DNA of 32,000 nucleotides. Source: Telmatocola sphagniphila (GTDB taxonomy: Bacteria > Planctomycetota > Planctomycetia > Gemmatales > Gemmataceae). Positions 1 through 8,637 of this stretch are shown here, piece by piece; within the stretch, counting starts at the first letter, position 1, and the number at the start of each line of letters is the position of its first letter. Made by a program: the position numbers and the translations under genes. The DNA lies in contig NZ_CP074694.1 of assembly GCF_018398935.1 (NCBI RefSeq), positions 5,580,001-5,612,000 on the forward strand. The letters are read 5' to 3'. The notes below the pieces were generated by a model, which was not told where the DNA came from, did no database searches, and saw only the letters and a program-made list of their open reading frames with translations.

Positions 1-520
1 GGAGCAAACCTCGTTTTGGTCGTCCGCCGAATTCCTTGATGCGATTGAGATTTTTCGGATCCAGGTAGCCGATGGTATTCTGCCAGATGGTTTTCTGAAT
101 TTCCGCTTCCATGACTGGCGGTGGATTCTTTTTGTCCGGCTGTCGGAAAAGCCGGTAGGCCACCCGATATAAGCGAAGGTAGTCTTCCTTTCCGACGATG
201 AATAATTTGACGCAACGTTGCGAGGCCTTACCTTCATCCAGTAGAGCCTGAATTCTCGCAAACGGAATTCCTTCAATGCGATAGCCGCGCACCCCGAAAG
301 TTACGCCGGCGTGCGTGCGGCGAAAATAGGGATTCCAATCCCGCACGAGCAATCCTTCCAGGGGAAGAACCGGCCCGCGCGTCGAATGTTCCATCAAATC
401 GCTGAAGAAATAGCTGGGATCGAAGGCCACGGGATCCTTGATGCCCGCAATCCGCCCGGCCTGTTCGATCGTCTTTTTCTGATCCGCAGCGTAATGCTGC
501 ATATTGTTTGTTAAACCCAT
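1..520 (-). CDS. AAA+ family ATPase, N-terminal part (partial; C-terminus lies beyond the window start)
   Basis: Absent from the ORF track because it runs off the window. The reverse-strand ATG at 520-518 opens a stop-free frame down to position 2 (173 codons): MGLTNNMQHYAADQKKTIEQAGRIAGIKDPVAFDPSYFFSDLMEH...EAEIQKTIWQNTIGYLDPKNLNRIKEFGGRPKRGLL. The terminal 'FGGRPKRGLL' resembles the block that directly precedes the Walker A loop (..GvLLyGPPGtGKT) in classical AAA ATPases. Walker A itself is outside the window, so the family call is provisional. Confidence 0.45.
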   Translation of the reverse strand, partial: MGLTNNMQHYAADQKKTIEQAGRIAGIKDPVAFDPSYFFSDLMEHSTRGPVLPLEGLLVRDWNPYFRRTHAGVTFGVRGYRIEGIPFARIQALLDEGKASQRCVKLFIVGKEDYLRLYRVAYRLFRQPDKKNPPPVMEAEIQKTIWQNTIGYLDPKNLNRIKEFGGRPKRGLL

Positions 521-677
521 GCAATCTAGACCTCGGGGGTCGCCAGCGGGTTCGCAGAATCAAAAAAAACGTTCGTCGAGTCGAAAGCTAAATAGATTCC
601 TCGATTGGATCTGAACCCGGGCAGAGATACAAAGTTCTTTAAGTAAGACACGATCTGTAAGTCAGGAATGGTTTCGA

Positions 678-1997
678 ATGGCTTTGATTGAACCGCGCAC
701 GTTGAAGGGTTTCCGCGATTATCCTCCGGAATTGATGATCCCCCGCGAACAGATGCTGGAGAAAATTCGCCGGGTCTACCGCTCGTATGGCTTTGCGCCT
801 ATCGATACACCCGCGCTCGAATACGCTGAGATTCTGCGCGGCAAAGGGGGCGAGGAGTCGGATCGGCTGATCTATCAGTTCAAGGATCACGGCGATCGCG
901 AAGTGGCCCTGCGCTTCGACCTGACCGTTCCCTTTGCCCGCTTCGCGGCCCAGTACGTTCCCAAGATCGGCACGCCGTTCAAGCGCTACCACATGGGTCC
1001 GGTGTGGCGCGGAGAAAATTCGGCGCGCGGCCGCTACCGGGAATTCTGGCAGTGCGATTTCGATACCATCGGCACCACTTCGAACGCTTCAGACATCGAA
1101 ATTGCTCTGGTGATCAACGATCTGATGGTGGCCCTGGGCTTCGAGAAGTTCACGATTCGAATCAACAATCGCTTATGCTTGAATGGACTGCTCGAATCGC
1201 TCGGGTTATCCGACAAGTCGGTGCCGCTCCTTCGATCGCTGGATAAACTCCTGAAGATTGGCCGCGACAAAGTGGCCGAGGAGATGGTGCGCGAGGCCGG
1301 TGTGACCGAGCAGCAGGCCGCGCAGGTCGTGGCACTCGCGGATTTGACGGGAACGAATTCCGAGATCATTAATAGACTCGAAGCAGAGTACGGAGGAAAC
1401 GCCAAGGCCGCGGATGGGATTCAAAAATTGCGAGAGCTGTTGAAAGTCGCTGAAAGAGCCGGTATCCCCTCTGAACGCATTCAAATCGACTTATCTATCT
1501 GCCGGGGGCTCGATTATTACACCGGCACCATTTACGAGACCTTCCTCAACGATCTGCCCAGCATCGGCAGCGTCTGCTCCGGAGGCCGTTACGACAACCT
1601 GGCGGAACTCTACACCAAGCAGCAGTTGCCCGGCGTCGGCGCCAGCCTCGGTCTGGATCGGCTCATCGCCGCTATGGAAGAGCTGAAGTTGATTCCCAAG
1701 ATCAGTACGCCCGCTCCGGTTTTCGTGCCGCAGTTCGTGCCGGATAAACTTGGAGATTACCAGCGAATTGCTCGATCACTACGGGCGCAGGGAATCGGCT
1801 GTGAAGTCTATCCCGAAGTCAAGAAGCTGGGAAATCAGTTGCAGTACGCCGAAAAGAGGGGTTTCCGAATCGCCTTGATTGCCGGTAGCGATGAGTTTCA
1901 GAACGGCGTCTGGAAGGTGAAGGATCTCGCCAATCGCACGGAGCAGAGTGTTGCCGAAGCCGAATTGGCCCAGGCGATTCTCACTTTGCTTTCTTAG
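678..1997 (+). CDS. hisS: Histidine--tRNA ligase (class II aminoacyl-tRNA synthetase)
   Basis: 439-aa ORF with HisRS hallmark blocks: N-terminal 'PRTLKGFRDYPP', motif-2 region 'YHMGPVWRGENSARGRYREFWQCDFD', 'CSGGRYDNL' and a C-terminal anticodon-binding domain ('QLQYAEKRGFRIALIAG'). An upstream ATG at 668 hits a stop after a few codons, which supports 678 as the start. Confidence 0.95.
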   Translation: MALIEPRTLKGFRDYPPELMIPREQMLEKIRRVYRSYGFAPIDTPALEYAEILRGKGGEESDRLIYQFKDHGDREVALRFDLTVPFARFAAQYVPKIGTPFKRYHMGPVWRGENSARGRYREFWQCDFDTIGTTSNASDIEIALVINDLMVALGFEKFTIRINNRLCLNGLLESLGLSDKSVPLLRSLDKLLKIGRDKVAEEMVREAGVTEQQAAQVVALADLTGTNSEIINRLEAEYGGNAKAADGIQKLRELLKVAERAGIPSERIQIDLSICRGLDYYTGTIYETFLNDLPSIGSVCSGGRYDNLAELYTKQQLPGVGASLGLDRLIAAMEELKLIPKISTPAPVFVPQFVPDKLGDYQRIARSLRAQGIGCEVYPEVKKLGNQLQYAEKRGFRIALIAGSDEFQNGVWKVKDLANRTEQSVAEAELAQAILTLLS

Positions 1998-2000
1998 AGA

Positions 2001-2954
2001 TTAATAGCCGGCGAAGGATTTGCGAAGCAGATCGGGCTCGACTCGTCCGAAGCGGAACAATCGGCCGGTCTTCAAGTTCACGAAGGTGATTTCCGCCGGG
2101 GAGAACAGCATCGGATCGATCTTGTAGAAGTCGCCATTGTACGATTTGAAGATCTCGCCGAACGGACGGCCAAAATCAGCGGAGGCCCGCGACGGGACTT
2201 TCGAACCAATTTCATTCAGCACATCGTCGTCGCTGTTCACCCAAAGGGTGACTTTGCCGCCGTAGAGGATGGCGTCATTGGTCCAACCGATGGCCTGGAT
2301 ATCGTCCTTCCCGATCGGGGGCATCGGGGCCACCCCATGTCCCGAAACAATTTTCGTCAGATCGAATTTCAATTCGTGCAGTTTATGAAGGGCCGTTTCC
2401 AGGGAGCGGGCCACCACCTGAATGCTACCGGCCAGACTTGCAGTCGGGGCATAGGCCAGTTTGATTTTATCCACTCCCGGGGGAAGCTTATGAGCTATGA
2501 AATCGATCACTTCGGCCGTCGGGGGCTTGCGGGTCTCCAGTACTCCGACGGCTTCGCTCGGCAGTTCTTTATAATCGGGAAATTGTTCGAAGAGTTTTTC
2601 TTTACCGTAAGCGGCGCGCATCGGGCCGGAACCCATGGCAAAAAAGGAACCGACATTTATCTGCCAGCCGGCATACTGTGAAGCCAGACAGGCCAATATA
2701 GGATGATCGGAATAAACTTGTATTACAACTCCATCATTTCCATTTTTAAGTTCGACCTGCGCATAATCCGAAAGACATATACGCGCAAGTTGAAGTCCGG
2801 CAGTCAATCCACCGGGCGATTTAACGCCACAATCGATGACTTTCGTTTTCGCCACGGAGGAGATACCCACCCGCAAATCGTGGCTATTTTCTTCTAAATA
2901 ATCGAACGCGGCGCCCGCCCGTCCATTTAAATTGTGGCGATGAGACTCTCTCAT
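2001..2954 (-). CDS. mch: Methenyltetrahydromethanopterin cyclohydrolase (H4MPT-linked C1 transfer)
   Basis: 317-aa ORF that matches Mch along its length as I recall the archaeal and methylotroph enzymes: 'VIDCGV..PGG..AGL', 'QYAGWQINVGSFFAMGSGPMRA', 'APTASLAGSIQVVARSLETALHKL', 'AIGWTNDAILYGGKV', 'DFYKIDPMLFSPAE'. Confidence 0.9.
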   Translation of the reverse strand: MRESHRHNLNGRAGAAFDYLEENSHDLRVGISSVAKTKVIDCGVKSPGGLTAGLQLARICLSDYAQVELKNGNDGVVIQVYSDHPILACLASQYAGWQINVGSFFAMGSGPMRAAYGKEKLFEQFPDYKELPSEAVGVLETRKPPTAEVIDFIAHKLPPGVDKIKLAYAPTASLAGSIQVVARSLETALHKLHELKFDLTKIVSGHGVAPMPPIGKDDIQAIGWTNDAILYGGKVTLWVNSDDDVLNEIGSKVPSRASADFGRPFGEIFKSYNGDFYKIDPMLFSPAEITFVNLKTGRLFRFGRVEPDLLRKSFAGY

Positions 2955-3009
2955 AATTTGTAGTCTATCAGGGTTTTTACTGAATACGTTACATTTTCAA
3001 AAAAATCTT

Positions 3010-5367
3010 TTAATCCGGCGAAGTTTTTAATGCACTTTCAAACAAGTTGATCTTATTATCAAACTTTACCAGCTCTTCGGGAGAGATTTGTTCATTTCCA
3101 TAACGACTGCGGTAGTACAATTCCGCGGCCTCGGCGGGCACCGTGGCGAGTACTCCGAGTGACCGTTCCAGAGCTGCAGTCACGCGAGTTCCAAATTCGC
3201 GTGGAGTTTGGCCGACTTCAGGTTCAAAGCCGAACCTTTTCAGCAATTCCAAAAGCCGATTGTGAAACTTGACGCCGGGCAGCTGCAGCAGCGGATCCGC
3301 TTCCTGGTTTTCGAGAATTTTTCGCTGATGCCTTCGCCGCAGATAGGCGAGTAGAGCCAGGAACGAGATGCCGCCGGTTACAAGCCAGAGCCAGCCTTCC
3401 TTTTGTAGGAAGGTTCTAATTGCCAGAACCTGGGCGAGGATGTACTCCGCGGTTTTTTCCCGAACGGCCGGGTTATAGCCGAGGATGAACTCCTTGTAGA
3501 ATCGATCGATTCGAGCCCAGAAGCCTTCCATCCAGGTTGTTTTCGAGGTCGTGGAGGTCCGAGCCTCCGTACCCGGGGTGGGATCGAGCGTTAACCAGCG
3601 GTAGATGAACCGCTCGCCGGGATCGTCGCCTTCGGCAAATTGGTTCACTCGCTTCGGCTGGGCCGCATTCTTGGGTTCCGGCTGGCGGAGTAATACCTCC
3701 ACCCAGGCGTGGGCATCATCTGAGTAGATGGAATAGACGCCCTCCTGCTCCGCAGTACAGCCTTTGAAACCCATCACCATCTGGCAGGGAATTCCGACGC
3801 TGCGCAGCATCAGCACCAGGCCGCTGGCAAAGCGCTCGCAGTGGCCCATTTTTATTTTGAACAGAAAATCCAGAATCGGATCGATCGACTTGTCCGATCT
3901 TCCCAGAGTCGAAGAGTAGAGATAGACCCCGGAACTGGAAAGATACTTGTCCAGAGCCCGCGCTATCGGCTCCTGCTGCTTCCATTCGATCCAGTCGGGA
4001 TAGTTCGTATTCATTTCCCGTTTGGTAATTCCGGGAATCTGATTTTTCGCGATCAGCTCGTCGATCAGAGCGAGTACCCAGGGGGCCAGATCAGTCTGGA
4101 TCTTCGCCGGTAAACGATTCAGCAAAGTGCTTTCGGGAATCCAGTGCACATCGTAGAGAGGAGGGCCGAGATCCGACTCCAGCTGCGGCAGGGCGACCTG
4201 CGTGTATTCGTTGCGGCGGAGATCCGGGATCGGCTGAAAGCTACCGTCGATTTTCGGATCAAAGCTGACGTAAGAATTTTGGGAATCGGCGATTGATGCT
4301 ATTGGGGAGGGCAGGTTGGCCCGCCAATAGACCGGGTCGGCCAGGATGATCGTGGGCGCCAGCTTGCTATCCCGAATGAAAGTGATGTAAAACTGCTCGG
4401 GGGAAAGAACCGGTAAAGCTCTGCGGATATTGTTATCGGGAGCGTTGTTGGGAATGGAAAGCTCACGCAGCATGATCGAACCGCCGCTGGCGAAGCTGGA
4501 GCGGGACCACTTGCCATCCTGGTAGCTGAGCATCGTGGTGCTGCGCCAGCGCTGGGAGGGATTCAAATCGTCCTTAGGGGTCCCATCGAAATTTTTGACC
4601 CGCACTTCGAAGGCTTTCTCCCCCGGATTCTGCGACAGGGTGCCGGTACGGTTCAAGTCGATGGTGTTGTCGTTTGACAGGCCGATGTCGATTCGGCCCA
4701 AGCTGCGCGAGGTAAGTGCCCAGCGGCTTTCGGTGGGCCGGGGCGTCAGCAGAAATATTCCCAGCCCCAGCAGACCGAAACTCATCACCCAGCGCAGCGA
4801 AGCGGATAGCAGCGTCCAGCGCGATTCGATCAGTGCGGTCGGAAAATTATTCGGCCAGACAATTTCCCGGCAAAGAAAGAAGAGCGCCAGGCTCCAGACG
4901 AATAGAATCAACCAGCCGAACAGGAAGAAACCAAAGGACAGATCGGAAGCCATGGTGCACGCTAATCCCATGGACATCACCGCCAGACCGAACATCGTCC
5001 AGTAGTCGCCCACATGCTTGGGGCGCAGCATCTTGGCGGGAATCAGAATCATCAGAACCGGGCTGAGGTAGGGCAGCAAACTCGCCGGGAAGGGCAGGGT
5101 ATCCAATAGACTGACGCCCGGCCGGATGAACTGGTAGCCGATCCAGCAGGCGACTATGAAACCGAGTATGCCCCCGACGATGTTGGCACTCGGCAGGGAG
5201 AGACTGAAGCGGTCTTCCAGCGAATAGGCAGCGCCCAGAAGCGCGATCGAGAAGATGACAATAAACGGAATTTCGGGCAGAAAGAAGTCGCTGGCCGAGC
5301 CCAGGGCAACCACCGAGAGACTGAGCATCAGATAAAGGCTGAGCCGAAATGAATGAAGTAGTTTCAT
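3010..5367 (-). CDS. Transglutaminase-like membrane protein (TgpA-like: polytopic N-terminus, transglutaminase core, DUF4129-like tail)
   Basis: 785 aa. About six N-terminal TM helices. Cys-His-Asp transglutaminase core 'GHCERFASGLVLMLRSVGIPCQMVMGF...DAHAWVEV'. A late TM helix ('WLWLVTGGISFLALLAYL') is followed by a 'TPREF...YYRSRYG' tail. It is the last gene of the MoxR-DUF58 operon. Confidence 0.8.
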   Translation of the reverse strand: MKLLHSFRLSLYLMLSLSVVALGSASDFFLPEIPFIVIFSIALLGAAYSLEDRFSLSLPSANIVGGILGFIVACWIGYQFIRPGVSLLDTLPFPASLLPYLSPVLMILIPAKMLRPKHVGDYWTMFGLAVMSMGLACTMASDLSFGFFLFGWLILFVWSLALFFLCREIVWPNNFPTALIESRWTLLSASLRWVMSFGLLGLGIFLLTPRPTESRWALTSRSLGRIDIGLSNDNTIDLNRTGTLSQNPGEKAFEVRVKNFDGTPKDDLNPSQRWRSTTMLSYQDGKWSRSSFASGGSIMLRELSIPNNAPDNNIRRALPVLSPEQFYITFIRDSKLAPTIILADPVYWRANLPSPIASIADSQNSYVSFDPKIDGSFQPIPDLRRNEYTQVALPQLESDLGPPLYDVHWIPESTLLNRLPAKIQTDLAPWVLALIDELIAKNQIPGITKREMNTNYPDWIEWKQQEPIARALDKYLSSSGVYLYSSTLGRSDKSIDPILDFLFKIKMGHCERFASGLVLMLRSVGIPCQMVMGFKGCTAEQEGVYSIYSDDAHAWVEVLLRQPEPKNAAQPKRVNQFAEGDDPGERFIYRWLTLDPTPGTEARTSTTSKTTWMEGFWARIDRFYKEFILGYNPAVREKTAEYILAQVLAIRTFLQKEGWLWLVTGGISFLALLAYLRRRHQRKILENQEADPLLQLPGVKFHNRLLELLKRFGFEPEVGQTPREFGTRVTAALERSLGVLATVPAEAAELYYRSRYGNEQISPEELVKFDNKINLFESALKTSPD

Positions 5368-5404
5368 GGTTAAGCGGTCGCGAACCCAGGAGTTCCCGGA
5401 AATC

Positions 5405-6583
5405 CTAATTCACTTCACCGATTCCCTCCAGAGGCTGGATGTACCAGTTCAGATTTTCGAGCGAATCGATTCGAGCGACCTGCCGATGATAAAGTTGTTC
5501 TGCCTCGCGAGCAAGCGGAGAATTGGCCCGCGAACTGATTACGACAATCGAATCGGCGAACTGGCGGGTCCGCCCGATCAGTTGCGACTGAAGTTGGGCC
5601 GGCTTGTCGGTCCCTTTTAAAGGAGCCAGCATTTCGATCAGAGGCCAGGCGTGGTCGGCACTGCCGGACATTTTCCGGGATTGGACGGCCTGCTCGACCA
5701 CGATCAGTTGCAAGGAGCTGGTCTGATCCTGCGACCAGTCTCGACAGATCGTTCCGGCCAGGCTCAGGATATCTTCCAGGGAACGGTGATCGGCGACCGT
5801 GGGCGTCATCGGCAACCAGGCTTCGACGATCAGAATCAGCTTCGGCGGGGCATCGTCCTCGAACTCGCGAACGATCAGTTCATCGCGGCGGGCCGAGGAT
5901 TTCCAGTCGATCCAGCGCGGACTGTCGCCGGGTCGAAATTGTCTTAAACCGTGAAAATTCGCCTGCCGCAGGGAAGCGAGCGGCTTTCGCTGGCGGGTTT
6001 TGCCTTCGCCTCGGCTCACTCGCGACAGCCAACTCTTGAACAATTCATTTTTAATCTGCCCCAGTCGCGGCAACACCAGTACTTCCTGTCCGCCGGGCAG
6101 ATCGAGGGCGCTTTGCACGAGTCCAAAGGGAAAGCGCGTGATCACCCGCAAAGGGCCGAGGGCATGCCTGCCGCGATGGGAGAAGGCCACTGTTTCCCGC
6201 AGGTAGACGCGTCCTTTGGGAGCCAGCCGATCAACCGTCCAGAAGGCTCTTTTACCGGCGATTTCCTCACTCACCTGGAAGCCGCGCAGCGCCTCCTCGG
6301 TTTCGTTCTGCAGTACGACCCGCCAGTCGGTAATCTGGTTGGCGATCACGGGTGTTCGCCATTCGCGGAGGGCGGTCAGACTGCTCGTGGAGCGCCGGAC
6401 CAGCCGCCAGTTCACAAACCATAACCCCATCAGCATGTAGGACAATAGCAGCAGGAGATTGATGCCGCGATAGAGCCCGGTGATAAACAGGGCGATGGCG
6501 AAGAGCAACCAGTACTTCCCTTCACGCGTATTCAGCGGCAAAGGGGCCGGCACCTTCTGATTGGGATCGACTGGGTTTGCCAT
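5405..6583 (-). CDS. DUF58 domain-containing protein (MoxR-associated)
   Basis: 392 aa. Two N-terminal TM helices, then the DUF58 core 'FHGLRQFRPGDSPRWIDWKSSARRDELIVREFE'. It lies 46 nt downstream of the MoxR gene on the same strand. Confidence 0.85.
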   Translation of the reverse strand: MANPVDPNQKVPAPLPLNTREGKYWLLFAIALFITGLYRGINLLLLLSYMLMGLWFVNWRLVRRSTSSLTALREWRTPVIANQITDWRVVLQNETEEALRGFQVSEEIAGKRAFWTVDRLAPKGRVYLRETVAFSHRGRHALGPLRVITRFPFGLVQSALDLPGGQEVLVLPRLGQIKNELFKSWLSRVSRGEGKTRQRKPLASLRQANFHGLRQFRPGDSPRWIDWKSSARRDELIVREFEDDAPPKLILIVEAWLPMTPTVADHRSLEDILSLAGTICRDWSQDQTSSLQLIVVEQAVQSRKMSGSADHAWPLIEMLAPLKGTDKPAQLQSQLIGRTRQFADSIVVISSRANSPLAREAEQLYHRQVARIDSLENLNWYIQPLEGIGEVN

Positions 6584-6629
6584 GAATTGCCCGTTGTCCG
6601 TACAGCAGCTGGCTTGAGAAATTTAGTGC

Positions 6630-7601
6630 TTACGAAGGCACGGCCGTTTGATCCAGAATTTCCCGGAGAGCTTCCGCCGCCCCGTCATCGCGCTTGCCCT
6701 GGCTCCAGCGTTTGGAGATCAGACGATGCGCGAGCGCCGGGACGACGAGTTGCTTCACATCATCGGGGATCACATAATCCCGGCCATCGAGCAGGGCCGA
6801 GGCCTGCACCGCCCGGTAAAGGCCTAAAGCCGCGCGGGTACTGGCCCCGAGCGAAATATCCGGATGCACGCGCGTCTTGTCGATGATATCCAGAAGATAA
6901 TCCGACAGGCTATCCGAAAAGCGGACTTTTCGCACCCGCATTTGAATATCGAGCAGCTCATTGACTTCGATGACCGATTTCAGATGATCGACAGGTTCGC
7001 CATCGCGGTGCTGGGTCAGAATATCCCGTTCCACCGATCGCGGAGGGTAGCCGATCTCGCACCGGATGCTGAAACGGTCGAGTTGGCTTTCCGGAAGGGG
7101 GTAAGTGCCTTCAAATTCATAGGGGTTCTGAGTAGCAATCACGATAAATGGCGGCCCGAGCTGCCGGGTCTGGCCTTCGAGCGACACCTGCTTCTCGCTC
7201 ATGGCTTCGAGCAGAGCACTTTGCGTGCGCGGCGTGGCCCGGTTGATTTCATCGGCCAAAATCACCTGTGCGAAGATCGGTCCGGCTTGAAAAACGAATT
7301 CGCCGCTCGGCTTGTGGAAAATGCTGGTTCCCAGCAAGTCGCCCGGAAGTAAGTCGGGCGTGAATTGAATGCGGTGGAAACTGCAATTCAAGCTTTTGGA
7401 GAGGGCCTTGGCCAAAAGCGTTTTGCCCACGCCGGGCACGTCTTCCAGTAAAAGATGCCCTTCCGCCAATAAGGCGATCAATGCCAGTCGGGTGACTTCC
7501 TGCTTGCCCAGCAGAATGCCACCGATGTTATCCTGTAGCTGCTTGAGTTTAGCGACTAAAGGGGCTAAATCGGGGGAAGTGCCCGCGTGCGGGTCGGCCA
7601 T
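6630..7601 (-). CDS. MoxR-family AAA+ ATPase
   Basis: 323 aa. Walker A 'DVPGVGKT', Walker B 'ILADEINRA' and 'PRTQSALLEAMSEKQVS' followed by 'FIVIATQNP' are typical of the MoxR/AAA_3 family. Confidence 0.92.
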   Translation of the reverse strand: MADPHAGTSPDLAPLVAKLKQLQDNIGGILLGKQEVTRLALIALLAEGHLLLEDVPGVGKTLLAKALSKSLNCSFHRIQFTPDLLPGDLLGTSIFHKPSGEFVFQAGPIFAQVILADEINRATPRTQSALLEAMSEKQVSLEGQTRQLGPPFIVIATQNPYEFEGTYPLPESQLDRFSIRCEIGYPPRSVERDILTQHRDGEPVDHLKSVIEVNELLDIQMRVRKVRFSDSLSDYLLDIIDKTRVHPDISLGASTRAALGLYRAVQASALLDGRDYVIPDDVKQLVVPALAHRLISKRWSQGKRDDGAAEALREILDQTAVPS

Positions 7602-7676
7602 TCGGACCTCTTATCGGAAAGCCTCGGATCAATCGCCAGCTCTTAAGTGTGCTACGGCTCTGGCAACACAGTTATA

Positions 7677-7690
7677 TTAGTCGCGACTAA
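7677..7690. repeat. Perfect 14-bp palindrome TTAGTCGCGACTAA, 76-89 nt upstream of the MoxR start
   Basis: Read directly: TTAGTCG/CGACTAA with no spacer. It is immediately followed by a partial direct repeat (CGACTAA CGACTGA). On the minus strand it abuts an AT-rich TAATAT hexamer. Whether it has a function such as an operator is unknown. Confidence 0.5.
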
Positions 7691-7747
7691 CGACTGAATC
7701 TTGAGGTTTTACGGAAAGTCCTAAGGAGTTGTTCATTTTCTCAAAAA

Positions 7748-8629
7748 TCACCAGGGTGGTATCACCTGGCCATCGTTCCGCATGCCGAGCAGTTCGTATG
7801 TCGTCGGGTCGATGGTTTCCGGAATGGACTGTACGTGCCCATCGGCAAAAGCGAACATGACCACCTGCATGTGCATGCTACCGAACTTCCAGGCCGTATC
7901 CTGCGGATTGGTCGTCAGAGGAAAAGCCCGCGAAGCCGCCCGACAGGAGCATTGATAGTAGTCGCCATTATAAATTGAGCAGTCCCACCACCCGACACCC
8001 AGGTTGCCTTGGGGCACCTGCTTCTCGCCCATCAGGATCGTATTGCTGGTACCGTCGGTGAAGTCGGCGAAGCGCGTGCCGGACCCCATCTGGAAGGCCG
8101 CCGTCATGCTCGGCTGCGAAGTCGTGGGATAATCGTATCCGGAACGGTCGATGCTGGCGGCATAGTCCCCGAGTGCTCCGGGGACGTTTTGACTCCCCGA
8201 ACCCAGGGTGGCAGAGCTGGGAATATCGCCACTGATGCTCCACATCGGGGCCGAATTGGCCACGCGTCGGGAAGGGCAGAAATAGATTGGTACCGCACTT
8301 CGTTGCGCGGTCGTGTTCTGCTGATAGTAAGTCAGCCCGAGATTCCACTGTCGGTAGAGATTGTCCTGCTCGATATAGGGCAGGATCAACACGGCCCAGG
8401 TCGCATAGCCCTGTCCCAGACGGCTGGGCGGGAACGAATTCATGTTGAATTCGTAATTGTGCATGGCCAGGGCGATTTGCTTCAGGTTATTCGAACAGCG
8501 CATGCGACTGGCCGCTTCCCGAGCTTTCTGCACCGCGGGCAGAAGCATGCCGATGAGAGTCGAGATAATCGCGATCACCACGAGCAGTTCGATCAGCGTG
8601 AACGCCGATCTGGCAGTTTTCCGTTTCAT
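7748..8629 (-). CDS. DUF1559 domain protein with prepilin-type N-terminal cleavage/methylation motif (planctomycete pseudopilin-like family)
   Basis: 293 aa. N-terminus 'AFTLIELLVVIAIISTLIGMLLPAVQKAREAASRMRCSNNLKQIALAMHNYE' and C-terminal 'FAFADGHVQSI' are the family signature. Confidence 0.9.
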   Translation of the reverse strand: MKRKTARSAFTLIELLVVIAIISTLIGMLLPAVQKAREAASRMRCSNNLKQIALAMHNYEFNMNSFPPSRLGQGYATWAVLILPYIEQDNLYRQWNLGLTYYQQNTTAQRSAVPIYFCPSRRVANSAPMWSISGDIPSSATLGSGSQNVPGALGDYAASIDRSGYDYPTTSQPSMTAAFQMGSGTRFADFTDGTSNTILMGEKQVPQGNLGVGWWDCSIYNGDYYQCSCRAASRAFPLTTNPQDTAWKFGSMHMQVVMFAFADGHVQSIPETIDPTTYELLGMRNDGQVIPPW

Positions 8630-8637
8630 CAGTCACC

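Noticed and set aside
273-563. 96-aa minus-strand and 67-aa plus-strand (311-514) track ORFs at the left edge
   Set aside because: A different minus-strand frame (ATG at 520, open to the window edge) gives a sensible protein ending in an AAA-type pre-Walker-A block. The two track ORFs are out of frame with it and compositionally odd.
1995-2003. Convergent genes with stop codons only 3 nt apart (hisS/mch; likewise yebC/DUF3307 at 30379-30387) and the 29-nt convergent overlap at 25803-25831
   Set aside because: Tight or overlapping convergent gene ends are common in compact bacterial genomes. No hairpin or other signal is visible there, so nothing further can be inferred from the sequence.
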